A DNA stretch of 64,000 nt. Origin: the human T2T-CHM13v2.0 reference genome, Homo sapiens. Made by a program: the position numbers and the translations under genes. The stretch is taken from assembly GCF_009914755.1 (NCBI RefSeq), contig NC_060930.1; one strand, written 5' to 3'. The stretch's first letter is position 1; each line of letters begins with the position of its first letter. The notes below the pieces were generated by a model. The model was not told the origin of the DNA. It was given only the letters and a program-made list of their open reading frames with translations, and searched no databases. Of the stretch, positions 1 through 14,800 are shown piece by piece.

Positions 1-144
1 CCGGCCATCTTGGAACCTCTCTCCAAGGTACAGTTTTAAATTCTGGGTGCTGACGTTAGGGAATGAGGAACACTGATAATGCAATAAATATCGAAGCCCT
101 TCTAAGTGATGCTGGGAAGGATGTAGACATTCAGAGTCAGCCAT

Positions 145-966
<822 letters not shown>

Positions 967-1620
967 TAAAGGCTTTCCTGGGTGAGGGCAGCAAATATTT
1001 CACAGAAATAGAGTGTTACAACTCCAGCATTTCCCTGGATATTGATAGTACAGAGAAATAGAACCAGCCACAGCCATTGAAGTATGGCTGATATGACTCT
1101 GTATTTAAAGTCTAGAAGTGGTGAAATCATAGGCAGGGAGAACTGCATCAACAAGCATTGAATCTCTGATACAAGCAAGCTGATGTGGCCCAGTCTGATA
1201 CAGAAGAAGACAGTGACAGGAGCAGGGATACAGGGGAGACCCAGGAAGGAGATGACTGCCTGATCACTTTGCTATCCTGCCCTGCGGAGCAAGAATTGAT
1301 AGTTGGCACTAACCCAGCACGCTGTAATCCATGGGGAAGTTGCAAACTACGCATATGCGGTATAGTGCTGTATGTATCGATGCTAAGTAAGGTTCACTTA
1401 ATTGTGTGGGTTCTGTTCTCTCTAAAATATTTTGGCATTTTAATCCATGTCCCCGGGTAAACAGATAATCTGCAGACATTGCTAAGGAGAGAAATCTACA
1501 ACAAACCAGCTTTATCTGAGGGTTGTATCAAAGGCTCTGGGTCAGAGTGGGCAGCTCTGGTTGGGGGTGTCTCTAAGCAGTGGTTCTTAAACACTGACAA
1601 TTAACTGGGAGTGCTCATTA

Positions 1621-1930
<310 letters not shown>

Positions 1931-2449
1931 AAAAAAGAGTTTACCAGTATAGGGAAGCAAACCTGCAAATTCCGATTTAGTAGAATCTACATGTGTACCC
2001 ATCAGCCCTAAGTGCTTCTCAGTGCTTCTGTGTTTGGGTGGTGACGGTTACATGGAACTCCCAGCAAGAGGCTGTGGCCCCATGAGGATACTGGCACACA
2101 CACAATGTGCCCCCTCCCTTCCTCCATTCTACATATTTTTTTGCTGGAAAATGGTAAATGGTAACAGTGCAGGTAGAGGATAATGGAGGGATGGAAGCTG
2201 AGAATGCATAAAGGAAAGGAGGTAAGGAATCCTGGATGGCTTCTCTGGCGCTCCCAGCCACCAGCTCCCGTTCATCTTTGGTGTTCTCATTGTTGTTCAG
2301 GAGAGAACATCAAGTCACTCAAAGTTCCACGGTGAACAATGATTGAGTTAACCGCATCCAGGGTTTCTCAAATTTTGTCTTTCCTTCAGGAACTTCTTGC
2401 AATGCTGAATGAAAGACACCATCCAAAGAGAGACAGAGAAAGAAATGTT

Positions 2450-2460
2450 TGCTGAGTCAT
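2450..2460. promoter_or_regulatory. Perfect NRF2/BACH1-sMAF ARE motif (TGCTGAGTCAT)
   Basis: Exact 11-bp consensus match. Motif only. Confidence 0.35.
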
Positions 2461-2808
2461 CAAATATGGTGGTGATTCTTGTTTTTATGTATAGAATTTT
2501 TTTTTAAGTTCTTACATTTGCAGGGGAAGCCCCTTTTGAAGAAACACTGGTGGCCACTGTAGTTTCATTCATTGCTCTGTGGATGGGGAGTGCATTGAGG
2601 AAGGGGGGATGGCCTCTGTCATCCTCAAATGAGGAATAGAAAGGAATCTGCAGCAGAGACCCAGAACCTGGGGTTGAGATGAGGGCAAGGCTCAGGCCAG
2701 AGAATTCGGAGATCTCAGACACCCTTCCCCTTTTTCCATCTGTTAGCAAGAAGCTGGCCATTTTAAAGAAATTGTAATAAAATACACCTAACAAAGCTAG
2801 GCCTTTGA

Positions 2809-3153
<345 letters not shown>

Positions 3154-3534
3154 TGAAGACACTTCTTTTGCAATGCATTTACCACTTTAGAAGTGGTTGC
3201 TTTCCTCTCAGAATAGGTGTGTTGGGGGAACACTCAGAATGGGAGGGCAAGCAGGGAGTCCACTCTGTGTGCAGGGTGCAAAGCAACTTCCACATCAACT
3301 TAATACCATCAGATTGCTCAGTAGTAGAGACATTTTATTGCTGTGATCCCATTAACTCTGACATTGCACTGTTCTATTCTTGGACACTTTCTTACTATCG
3401 AAAGCCAGCAAAGCTTAACAGCTGCTGAGAACCACAAAATAAAAAGAAATAGCTTTGGTCTTGTTGGATTGAATTTTTCTTTTTTTGGCCTCTTTTTCCC
3501 TTTGGGCTTCAACTATTTCCTCTACCACAAGGGC

Positions 3535-3542
3535 TGACGTCA
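3535..3542. promoter_or_regulatory. Full palindromic CRE (TGACGTCA)
   Basis: Exact match with the CpG intact. Motif only. Confidence 0.35.
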
Positions 3543-5964
3543 ATGCTGTCACCAGGCACATGGACCAACTGGGCTTGTCTGGGGACAGAGAGTCTGTCAA
3601 ATCTTACCCACACAGGGTGGGAGGTCCCACCATGGTGCAGTGAGAACAGACCAATGGAACCAGCATTTCTCTGAAAAGACAAGCAGAGGGTTGACCCATC
3701 ACATGCTCACTCCTCTGCCAGTATTGAAACTGTCCTCTCCTTTGTGTGCAGAAAGGAGGCCAGGACCAAAAGTCACCAACAAGTGCATTGGTCAGGGTTT
3801 TCTACCTATTCCATGAAACAAACTTTCAGCCAATTAAATGAAAAACCTTTTAGCACATGGTTAACGTTAAATTCTCATTCAGGCCTTTGAAACTGACTGA
3901 GGTTTGGCCATTGCTTAAATTAGATGCCAAAGTTCTGTCTCGTCTTTTCCCAAGTGGCTGGAGACAGGTTTGTGACAATGTCCCAATTCCTCTATGACTG
4001 GAGGAGGGAGTGAGGGTGCCCATGGGCTGTTTCCCATTCTCAGGAGGGAGGAGGGTGAGTCCCTGTGCTGACTAGGGGCTGGGAAACTTGGTGACATGGT
4101 ACAACCTCACTTGCCACAATTGCAGAGAAATGTGTTGGTGGCTGGCAGTCCAAGTGCCACTGAGTTTCTCTCTCATGCCACCTTGGCTTACGGGCCATGA
4201 CTTGGCCACCTCTTAAATTCTTTCTAAAATAATCAGTATGATTATGCAAAGTTTATAAAAATCAGCAAAATTCAGACAAGGTAAAGGTAGAGAGATGAAA
4301 CAGAGCTACATGTCTATGTATTAGAGAAGCTTTTGAGATTCATTATTTAGATTCCTAATAAGAAAAACTCTATGATGGAAGGAAGGGGAAATCTTCCTAT
4401 AAGTTTAGTGCCTGCTGGACAAAGTCTTTGTATGTGTACTGCCAAGCAATAGATAGAATCCCAGAACTAGAGGCTTTGAAAATACAGCCACATCTAACAG
4501 GCAAGGCCAAGCTTTGCTCTGCTCAGCACCTGCTGCCCTTCTTTCCAGGACATTCTTTCTCTTGCTCATCATGAGCCCCAGTTCCTGCCCTATGAGGAGC
4601 TACATATCCAGGCCTGATCTCACACATGCATCCTGACTTACTGACGTCTCTCTACAAGTTGACTACTCTTTTCCAAACTCACATGTCTAAAGTAGAATTA
4701 TTTTCTCTGCCAATCTAGGTTCCGTTACCAGCTATCACGCTTCTTAGAATTGCCATCATTCTTCCAGCCTTCTAGGTGCAAATCCTTAGAGTCAGTCATC
4801 CTTGAATTTTCTCTCTCTTTCATCATTTGTAATCAGTCACCAAGCACTATTGAACATTGCTTGTCAAACCTTCTCTGCATGCTCCTTCCCTACACACCCC
4901 TTGTTATAACCCTATCCATGACTAACCCTCCCACCCAAAATACTCTTTGCTGGTTTCCCCACGACAGGAACTAACTTCCGTGCCAGAATAAGCCACCTAA
5001 GACAACAGTTGGAGAGTTCACCTTATCACATATGAGTAATGTGACTCTGAGAAAGTTATATAACATTTCTGAATCTCAGTTTTCCTCATCAATGAGAACA
5101 ACACTCATATCACTGGGATACTAGGAAACAGACATATGTGTCAAATACTTGATAAAGCCCTCTCCCAAGATGCATGCTATGATTATTTAGGGCGATATTA
5201 TTTTGGCCACTGTTGCCCCCAAGTAATTTCTGGTTTCCAGTATGATTAACTAATCTGATTACATCACACAATAGTCAAAGAATTAAGCAGCTGAACAATT
5301 GCAAAGAGCTTTTCCTCAGTGGAGACACCATTGCAAAGAGCAGTAAGGGGTGAACGATAACAGGCTGCATCCCACGGTAGTGGGTATCATATAATCTGGT
5401 CTTCAAAATGAACCTATCCTTTTTCCTCCAACCACCACTTCCCCTTTCTCTGTCATCACTGGCAATTTTCTCTCCTTTTTTTCCTCTTTCCTAACCTTTT
5501 CTATACCTCTATTTCCATGAGACAGAAAATCTTATGTTGCCGTTTTAATGAGATCTCTGATTTTCTTTTTTTTTTTTTGAGATAGAAACACCCATTTATA
5601 ATGCTTAATTATATCACCTTTGATATTATTCATTAGTTATTTCCTCTAGCAATGTGTTATATTCCAAACCACTGAAGTCAAGACTTAACCTTTTGTGACT
5701 GCTGCAGCTTAAGGTACACATTAGTGTTCAATGAATATGTGATTGATTTATGAAGAGCATCACGCTTGGTCATTACTAACATACTTGAGTGATGTCTGGT
5801 ATGTACTCACACGTGAATATTCTTCCTATAGTTTAACTTGTGTAAGTTTTAGCTTTTCAACTAAGTGGAAAACCATTTAAAGGCAAGCATCTATCCTCTT
5901 ATCAGCATTCTATCAGTGCTAGCACACAGTAGGTGTCATAGAAACTCACTACATTCCCTAAACA

Positions 5965-6180
5965 TAATAACAATTGCTTATGGAGCACTTACTAAATGCC
6001 AGGCACAGGAAAGTCTGTAACTACTTGGCATGAAATAGATCTTTAATTATAACAACAGCTCTGTCATGTGGGTTTCATAATATCTAGTTATACAACAGTA
6101 AGTTGAGATCACACAGGTAGTAAATGGCAGAGCCAGGATTTAAACTCAGGCTTGCCTGACTTCAAAGAATGTGTTCATAG
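5965..6180 (-). mobile_element. MIR
   Basis: gagcacttactaaatgccaggcac ... tggcagagccaggatttaaactcagg resembles reverse MIR. Confidence 0.65.
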
Positions 6181-6591
6181 CCCCTCTCTGTCCCTAACTC
6201 TCATACTTCCCACTGTTTACATATTCTACAAGCGACTCTACTGAAAGGGAGCCTAGTTTTGTCTTTCACTTTTAATACATTTTCATGGCAACTCATATTT
6301 TTAGTGAATATTTGTTCTCTAGCTAAAGATGGATCATGTATTCCTTCTGAACCTTGCCTTGTTTTGTTTTGGCCATTGATAGTTATTCTAGGCATGGTCT
6401 CTTTGACAATGAATCTCCTCAAAAGACAACACAATAAATTATGAAAAGAAGAGACTATAAATTATAAACTGAGTTAATTTGCATCTCTTAGGGAAGGAAG
6501 TTTTGGACTCTGGAAGAAGATCCTCTACATTCTCATTTTAAAACTGTACTATCTCTCATATTACGGGTGAATTCTCAACAGGAAAGTTATT

Positions 6592-7232
6592 TGTGGTAGC
6601 AGGTTGTGTTTTCCAAAGATGGTCATAATGTTTCCCACCCCACATACTCTCCTGTAACCTTGACAATGTTCCATTAAGGAGTGTTCCCTCTGTGTTCTCT
6701 CCCTTCAATCCTGGGCAGGCTTTAATGATCGTCTTGACAAATATAGTACAGGTTGTTGTGTATCGCTAATCCCAAAATATCCAAAATCCAAAACACTTCT
6801 GGCCCCAAGCATTTTGGATAAGGGATCCTCAACCTATGTGGTGGAAGTAAGCAGTGTGACTTCTGAATTAGGTAACAAATATGCTATGCGCTTCTACTTT
6901 GCTCTTGCAGAATGCTCATGCTTGGAACCCTATGTCCAAGTTGTAAGGAAGCCCAAGCAGCCCATAAAGAGGCCCACGTTAAGAAGAACCAGGACCCACA
7001 GTCTAAGTGAACTCTCAGCTAATAGCACCATTTTGCCAACCATGTGAGTGAACCATCTTCATAGTTGACTTGCCAGCCCCCAGTTGTGCTGCCCCAGAAA
7101 CATTGCATGGAACAGATGACCCTTCCCCCTGAGCCTGGCCCAAATGGCAGATTTGTGAACAAAATAAATGACTGTTGTCTTAAGCCCTAGATTTTTGGGA
7201 TAGTTTGTTATGTGGCAATTGATAAATGGACA
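6592..7232 (+). mobile_element. MaLR LTR (MLT1G/H-like)
   Basis: MLT1-type start (ccaaagatgg) and end (tagtttgttatgtggcaattgataaatggaca). Confidence 0.7.
6749..6836. mobile_element. Tigger4/MER46-like MITE nested in the MLT1
   Basis: TA|caggttg ... acacttctggccccaagcattttggataagggatcctcaacct terminal inverted repeats. Confidence 0.75.
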
Positions 7233-7679
7233 TGGGCCATGCAAATTCTCATTGTTCTTGTCTTCCCCTAGTTTTCTAAAGGGAAGGAAAAAAAGTGTGT
7301 GTGTGTCTGGGAAGGCATAGAGGAGTGAGGAAAGCTGGGAGGCAGGGGCTGCTCCTCTATACATCTCACCTCTTCCACTCTTCTTTCTGCACACATCGCC
7401 GACCCCTTACTAGGCGTTCTCTGCCTCTATGCCTGTGACAACTCTTTGTCACATTCAAGAAAGTATAATTAGTGTGGTTCTCACATAAGAATGTTAAACC
7501 CCTAATGGTGTCTGGAAATGGATTTTTTTTTGTCATATGGTGTGGGTGGATGTTGGCATTTAGTAGGTGAGACCCAAGGATGCTAAATGTACTGCAATGT
7601 GTAGGACTGTCAACTCCAAAATATCATAGCTTTCACATTGAGCAGCACTGAGCTAAGAGCTTAACACAGGCATTTAAAT

Positions 7680-7976
7680 TATTTTTTTATTGAGACAGGA
7701 ACTCACTTTGCTCTGTCACCTAGGCTGGAGTCCAGGGGCAGGATCACAGCTCACTGCAGCTTTGACCTCTTGGCTCAAGTGATCCACCTCTGTCTCCTGA
7801 GTGGCTGGCACCACAGATGTGCACCACCACACCCAGATAATCTTATTTTTTATTTTTTGTAGAGACAGGGGCCTCATTACATTGCCTAGGCTGGTCTCAA
7901 ACTCCTAGGCTCAACTGATCCTCCTGCCTTAGCCTCCCAAAGACTGGGATTTATAGGGGTGAGCCACCACACTCAG
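7680..7976 (-). mobile_element. AluJ
   Basis: Diverged reverse Alu dimer with J-type features (cagctcactgcagc, ggctcaagtgatcc). Confidence 0.88.
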
Positions 7977-8019
7977 TGACACATTTTAATAGAAGGCTAA
8001 TATATGGTTTGAAAATCAA

Positions 8020-8225
8020 GTGATAATAAATAGTTAACATACACTGAGCCTTTCCTATGTATGATACTGGATATACAGTTTTATATGGATTATCTCATTT
8101 GATGCTTGCCACAAACTGATTTTACTATTGAAGAAGCAGAGGCACAGAGAAGTTAAGAAACTTGCTCAAGGTCACAGAGCTAATAAAATGTGGAGGCTAG
8201 AAGCCTAGATTCAAACTCACATCCT
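8020..8225 (-). mobile_element. MIR
   Basis: gaggcacagagaagttaagaaacttgctcaaggtcacagagc MIR core. Confidence 0.65.
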
Positions 8226-10099
8226 ATGTTTCAATCATCATCCTGAGGCAAGAGAAAAGCCTCTCTTCATGTTGGATCTCCATTTACAGCTATAAAATAA
8301 AAGGAGATATTCTGGGTGCAGAGAGACTTATTGGAAACATAAAAATCATAGCTATTTGGTAGCTGCCTATTCACAAGCTCAATCTGGGAGCAGAGAAAGA
8401 ACTTATCTTCTAAGTGGAAGTGGAAAGAGGATTTGGGATTAAAAGACAGAGTCCAGGGAATTCAGTCCTTTGTAACCTTTTTTCTCTCTGATTCTTTTGT
8501 GTTTCCATGAGCTCCTATTGAACTTTGGTGGATCCCAGAGAAAAGTGGTGAACTCCAATCCAGGTCTGCTGAGCGACCAGCGTAACCGCCTTACTACTTC
8601 CTAGATTTAGGCATGCACGAGGTTGGGATGCTGCAGGTGGCATCAGGGCTGTAAACTGACATTCTGCCTCAGTAGGCCTTGTATGTGTGCATTTTAAGAA
8701 AATATTGATGAAATAATTGGGGTTCTCTTTCCTTTCCTCCCCCTCCTCAGTTCTGATCCATATCAAAGTAGGAAATAAGAAGGGGTCCTTGGTAAGATGG
8801 GGAAGGGGGAGGATGAGAGTGAGCAAGAGAGCAAGGGAAAGAAAGAAGACAAAGAGCATACTCTGTAGTTTTGGTATAAGGGGAGCTATATATATTTCAG
8901 TATAAGAACATTTGCTTATCTTCTGGAGGTTTCTCTCTAATACTAGATTGGGAATGGGGAGATTTATCTTCAACCCTTCCTGAGACATTTAGGACCCAAA
9001 GTACTTTATGGGATCAACTGATTGACTGAGGACCTGAATTAATGGTTGAGAAAAAGAAGCAGAATCCCGGAGGGAAGGTATAGGCAAAGAAAACTAAGGG
9101 AACCACAGAGGGGAAAGAGGTGGGAAGATAAAGAGGGAGAGCGACCAGAGTAAAGGGGCTCCTCCACATGGGGTGAGAGGAAAGTGGCGGAGATGAAGAA
9201 AGGGGGAGCTGCCTGGGAGAGCCCTCTGTGAGCTGGGTCCTCTCTGGGAATGAAACATCCTGTTCTCCCTTGCCCCATATTAGGGGCCCAGCCTCCACAA
9301 CAACTGTGAGGACACACAAATGCACACACACACATACCTATAAGAAAAAATGCAAGGGTAAACACTACAATGATTCTTCCTTAAAGTACTTTTTTTTATA
9401 GGCAGTAGGATTTGTTATTCATATTTTCCCATTTTTTGGTCATATGTCTTCTGTTTTTCTACAATGTACACAGTTTACCTGTAAATTTAGAAAAGGAAGT
9501 ATTTTAATATTGCTACTCCATAGTGATGGAAGATAGATTAATGGAATATATGCTGGGAAGAAAAGCCTCTGAAAAAACCTTTTTTTTCCAGGGACAATTC
9601 TTTCAAAGGCAATGGGAAAATTTGAACATGTGCTCCAGGATCCCAATCTGAGTCCCTTATGTGGGGTATGACACAGAGAGACTGTGCTAATGGGAACACT
9701 GGACACTCACTGTTTTACTTGCCTATTGTTTTTGTGATCAGAGAATACAGCAATTGCTGAATGAGAATCGAGGCCTTATATAATATTCATACCACATGCA
9801 CCAAAAACATAGGTGTTCATCTATATTTTAAAAACTGAATTTTTTTCTACCTCTGAATCAGAGCCTGGAATAGAAAATGTTTCTTTAGTATAGGTTACAT
9901 TAGTTAATGGAATATCTTTTCCCATTGGGGAAAACACCATACCAAGCAGTAACACCAGCAAAATTGCCTTACTATGTCATGTTTTGATACAGAAGAATTT
10001 GGAAAAAAATCTAAATATAGCAGACACATGCAACTTGAAACTCAAGCACCATTTTAAAAACCCTTCTCTGCAGTTAACTAAAATTGATCTTCCTAACAA

Positions 10100-10480
10100 G
10101 AGCTAAAAATAGCAGGAGGAAAAAAAAGAAGAGACAATGACTTTTCATATCGCTCCCTGCAGGCATTTTCAGTGACAATGAACATGACCTTCCAGAGCCA
10201 TCTTAGAGAGCAGAATAAAGGCTGGCATTTTGCTTCCCACCTCTGATTTCCTGTCTAGTTAGTGCCACGTGCGTCTCTATTTTACCATTTTCTGCTGATT
10301 GGTGGAGATAAGCTATTTTGCCAGGCTGGGTTTTTATTTTCTCCTATTTTGTTTTACATCAGAAAAGAACCTGGCACTGTACTGCTTCTGGAGTCAGGAA
10401 CAACAGATATTTCAAAATAAATATTCAACTCATAATTCTCCTCAAGGTCAGAGCCCATCTTATTCTGTCTAGGTCACTGT
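10100..10480. promoter_or_regulatory. Candidate intronic enhancer (MEF2 / ERR-NR5A / E-box / GATA / CCAAT cluster)
   Basis: CTAAAAATAG 10103-10112, TGACCTT 10185-10191, CACGTG 10266-10271, ATTGG 10298-10302, AGATAA 10306-10311, TCAAGGTCA 10442-10450, AGGTCA 10471-10476, in sequence where I recognise no repeat. Confidence 0.45.
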
Positions 10481-10849
10481 TAAACTGATGGGCTTCTACA
10501 CATTCCCCAAGGGACTAATAGAAACACACAAGGATTGTGTTTTATAGAGACAATAACTGCCCCTTAAACAGAGGAAGGCAAATTTTGATCTGCACGTCCT
10601 GCTGGACACAAGAAAAAAGCATGAAATGTACCGTAAAGAATTGATGCAGTAGTGTGTTTTAGTGGGTGCCAAAAAGTAGAGAAATAAAATGTGAGGGAAC
10701 GAAAGGCATAAGTTGTTTTGTATTCTTAAATTTCTCCTTTACAGCAATCTTAAATTTCTTCTAGAGAAAAATGTTTCACTTCCCAGGGCAAGGGTGCTGG
10801 CTCAACCAATCTTTTACTCTTCTTGCCAGTGGCAGAGGACATATTTTAA

Positions 10850-11005
10850 TTTAGTAGCTGTGTCGCCTTGGGCAAGTTACTTAACCACTCTGTGCCTCAC
10901 ATTCCCCAGCTGTATAATTGAGGACAATAATAATACCTGTTATTGTCTGTGAACATTAAATAATATTGTAAGGTATTTAGAACAGTGCCTGGCACATAGT
11001 AAGTA
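10850..11005 (+). mobile_element. MIR
   Basis: tagctgtgtcgccttgggcaagttacttaacc ... agaacagtgcctggcacatagtaag. Confidence 0.75.
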
Positions 11006-11989
11006 ATTTATCTTCATCCCCACATAATTTTAAGTCATTTTTATTTATTTATTTTCTAATGTATAATACCTATTTTACTTACTCTCTGGATCAAAGATAG
11101 AATGGTCATGGGGACAATGATTAAGGATGTTTAAAATTATGCCTCTCATAATTTTCGGAATATAAACTTGCTCTTGGTATAATAAAGGGAACTGAGAGAC
11201 ACTTCTTGAATATAACGTGGCCCTCGTCTCCTGTCGCAACATCTTAAATATTTCAAAGGATTTCAATAGGCACCCACAGGTTTGGGTCTGATCATGGTTC
11301 CATTATAACTGCACTGCTTTCTTTATGTTTGTTTCTAGGACCACTCTAGAAGTTTTCAGGAATTGGACTTGTCCCTCTCTGAGAGGTCACCAATATTCCT
11401 CCTTAAAGAACTACAGACTGTTTTGCCCCTTGCTTGTCTGAGATGAGGCCTGGATCCCCACTGTTTCATTTGTTCTCCATGAAAGGGTCCTAATAAACTG
11501 TGTCATTGCCTCTGGGGGCAGCCAGTCAGTTGACTTAGCCCGAGTCCCATCTCACTCTGGATCCCTGCTCCATAACGTTCTTTCTTTAGACTGACTTTTT
11601 CCCAGCAGCTTTAAATGTCTACATACCTTCTCAATCACTCTGCTCTACCAATTAAACACTGTTCATCATTCCTCTAATGCAAAACTCCATTCCTTTGATC
11701 ATTTGAGTTGCTTTCCTCTGCTCCCATTCTAATTTGTTTCTGTACTTCTGGAACTGAGGTAGTCATTCTTTAACATGCAATTAGTTATAATTTGTTACTG
11801 AAATGATTCTGCCAAAGGATTAAAACTAAATTTTACTAAATCACTTTTTTAAAAATGAAAATGCTAGAAGTCCTCTAATTATAGAAAACATTAATTTAAT
11901 GCTTCCCGACTGAGTCTGGCTAAAGCTATAAGAAAGCAACAATTTGTCAGTAAAGAAACTATCTCTAGGCAGGCTAATAGCTCTGGTCT

Positions 11990-12165
11990 ATTCCTTCGTT
12001 CATTCACACATTCATTCCTCCAATGTTTATTGAGCATCCACTATGTGCCAGGTAGTTTCAGGTACTGGGAATACCAAAATGAATGAAACATGCATTCTTT
12101 CCCTCAGTAAGAAGTGAAGATAGTAAGTTGAATGATAGAAAATTACCATAAGGAAAAGTGAATAT
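11990..12165 (-). mobile_element. L2 3' end
   Basis: cattcattc...tttattgagcatccactatgtgccagg. Confidence 0.7.
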
Positions 12166-12653
12166 TTGTGCAAAGTGACAGGAGGAGACTGAAGGAGCAA
12201 CCTCTTGCCTTGGCACCTGGTTGGGAAGGGGGCAGAGACGCGATGTGGGGGAGGATGCCATGGGGAGGAGGAAGGGTGTGGCCCTGCTCCCTGATTGTTG
12301 CAGCTGAAACAACCTTTAATTTAACGTCTGATATTTTCAACTCAATTGTTGGACGCAAATCATGCATGTGTGTGGCTGAGGAAGCTTCAAGGACATAGAA
12401 AAGGGATAAATGGATAACCAAATAAAGACAAACAGTCCCAAATTGCTGGCAAGGAATGGAGAGAAACATATCCTAGAAAATACATCCAGATTGCAGCTGT
12501 TCCATGGACACAATATCAGTCATACTTAAAAATCAGGAAACTCTCAATATTTGCTCTTGTACCAAATGCACAAGTCTCCATTTGCACATTTACCAGACAC
12601 TAGGTTAGGCTTTCTGGAAGTTTAGATTGGTGTTTGTTAGAAATAATTCTTGA

Positions 12654-12962
12654 GGCCTAGCGCGGTGGCTCATGTCTGGAATCCCAGCACTTTGGGAGAC
12701 TGAGGCGGGTGGATCACGAGGTCAGGAGTTTGAGACCAGCCTGGTCAACATGGTGAAACCCCGTCTGTACTAAAAAATATAAAAATTAGCCAGGTGTGGT
12801 GGCATGCGCCTGTAGTCCCAGCTGCTCAGGAAGCTGAGGCAGGAGAATTGCTTGAACCCGGGAGGAGGAGGTTGCAGTCAGCCGATATTGTGCCACTGCA
12901 CTCCAGCCTGGGTGACAGGGTAAGATTCTGTCTCAAAAAAAAAAAAAAAAAAAAAAAAAACA
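12654..12962 (+). mobile_element. AluS (Sg-like)
   Basis: Full dimer, long A tail, perfect 15-bp TSD AGAAATAATTCTTGA (12639-12653 / 12963-12977). Confidence 0.96.
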
Positions 12963-13084
12963 AGAAATAATTCTTGATTCAGGGTTAAAAACAAATAAAT
13001 GTTTGCCAGAGTTGAAGCAGAGCAGGCCTGAAGTCAGCCAAGCCAACCAGTATCCTTAATAGAAGGCCAGCTGGCGGAGTGTGA

Positions 13085-13225
13085 AGTTTACTCTCTGGAG
13101 TCAGAAGCGCCAGGGTTTGAAATCTGACGATGTCACCAACCAGCTGTGTCACCTTGGGAAAGTTCATGCTTCTTTCTACAGCCTCGTTTCCAAATCCATA
13201 AAATGGGGATAATAATAGGTCCTAT
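13085..13225 (+). mobile_element. MIR
   Basis: ctctggagtcaga...agctgtgtcaccttggg...aaaatggggataataata. Confidence 0.7.
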
Positions 13226-14519
13226 CTCTGTGTTTATTACAAAGCAGGGCCCTTCAAAAATGGTAGATGGTACATTTATTGTGATAAAAGAAGGTGGGTG
13301 CTATAGATTAGCTGTAACATTAAGGTAAAAGGCGTGTATTTTTAACATTATTGATAAGTTATTTACCACTCCGAGCTCCCCATCCCCCATCGCCAACTGC
13401 TTTTTTTTCTCTGCCTCTTTAAGACCATTTCCTTCCTCCCTCTTTCTTTCCTTCCTCTTCTGTGTCAGGCTCTGTGAGCGTCCCTTCCGGGGCCTAATTT
13501 CCATCCCATCTGTGCCTTCTGCCTCCATCAGTCCCAAGTCACATTTGTCCCTGTCTGTGCCTTCCAGAGCCTGGACTCAGCTGGGTCAGCCAGTAAGGGT
13601 GTCTGGAACTTGCCCCTAGCTTTTTCTGCATCAATCTTTGTGAATGCTGACAACAACTAATGTTCTTTCACATTCTTGATAAAAATGATTTGAATTTTAC
13701 TGGATGATCAGCTCCACATGAGTGAGCTGGAGTCCAGCTGGGGTGTGATGGTTAGAAAGTCTGACATAGCCTGAGCCTCCTTTCTAAATAGTGAAGTAGG
13801 AAGAGCACAGCATTGGAAGCTCTGGCACTTTCATTGTCAAATCAGCTCCCTGCTTCGCTCTGGGCCTTAGTTTCCTTTTCTGTAAAATCCAGGTCAGACT
13901 CCTAGGTCCTCTAGCCAAGACCTTAGTGATTCTATAAAGAGCTCTGTTTGCTGACATTCAAAACACCTCTACAAAGTGTTCAAGTGTGTCCTTGTCAATA
14001 TCTGTGCATAGGAGTCAAACTGGCAGCTTCAAGGACCTTGGCTGAAATTGGTCCATTTGGATATGTGTGCTTGTTTCTGCAATGTCCTGAATGACTGTGG
14101 GAAAGGGCTTCACAAGGCTTCATGTGAGTAGACTTAATTTACTTTATACACTGTGCAGTGTTTAAGCATATCACACATGTGGCTCTCTGAAGGGGGAGGG
14201 TCTAAGATCAGGATCCTGGATGTGAACCAGACGTTTAATGAAATCATATTTCACTAACATCTCTCTTATTATTATATTGCTTCTTTCATCAGCACATGTT
14301 AGTTAGACATACCTACTGCTTCTTGAAGGTAAAACTTATGGCCATTTTAAAGGGCCTGAGAAGCTGAGTGATGTGATGGTGATTACAAGGAAACCTCCAG
14401 TGAGCTTGCTCTTGAAAGTTCTATAATTTAACTTTCAGGACATACATGCAACAGCTGGCAATCTTCTTGCAAGAAGTGCTTATTAATCAGATCAGCATCA
14501 TCTTAATCTAGGTACCTGG

Positions 14520-14632
14520 TAAGACGACCAGCTTTTCTTGGTTTGCCTGGGAATTTTCTGATTTTAGCAGTGAAGGTCCTATGGCCAAGGGACTCCTTAG
14601 TCCTGGAGAAACCAGGACAGTTGGTCACCATA
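14520..14632. mobile_element. hAT MITE (MER94-like)
   Basis: gaccagc...ggtttgcctggga ... aaaccaggacagttggtcacc. Confidence 0.6.
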
Positions 14633-14800
14633 ATTCCTAGGGTTCTCAGGTTTTGGCGTATACAAGGATCAACAGATGTGATTATCAAAACTGCAGATTT
14701 CTGGGGTGGGCGACTCTGGGCCAAATGTTTTCCTGCTACATTAAGAAATGCTGGTAAGAACTTATAAGTTGACTATTCTTGGTACTTGGCATTTAGCTAC

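Noticed and set aside
8515-9365. 157, 105 and 108 aa minus-strand ORFs
   Set aside because: They arise from a pyrimidine-skewed, stop-poor tract and show no recognisable domain or convincing splice context.
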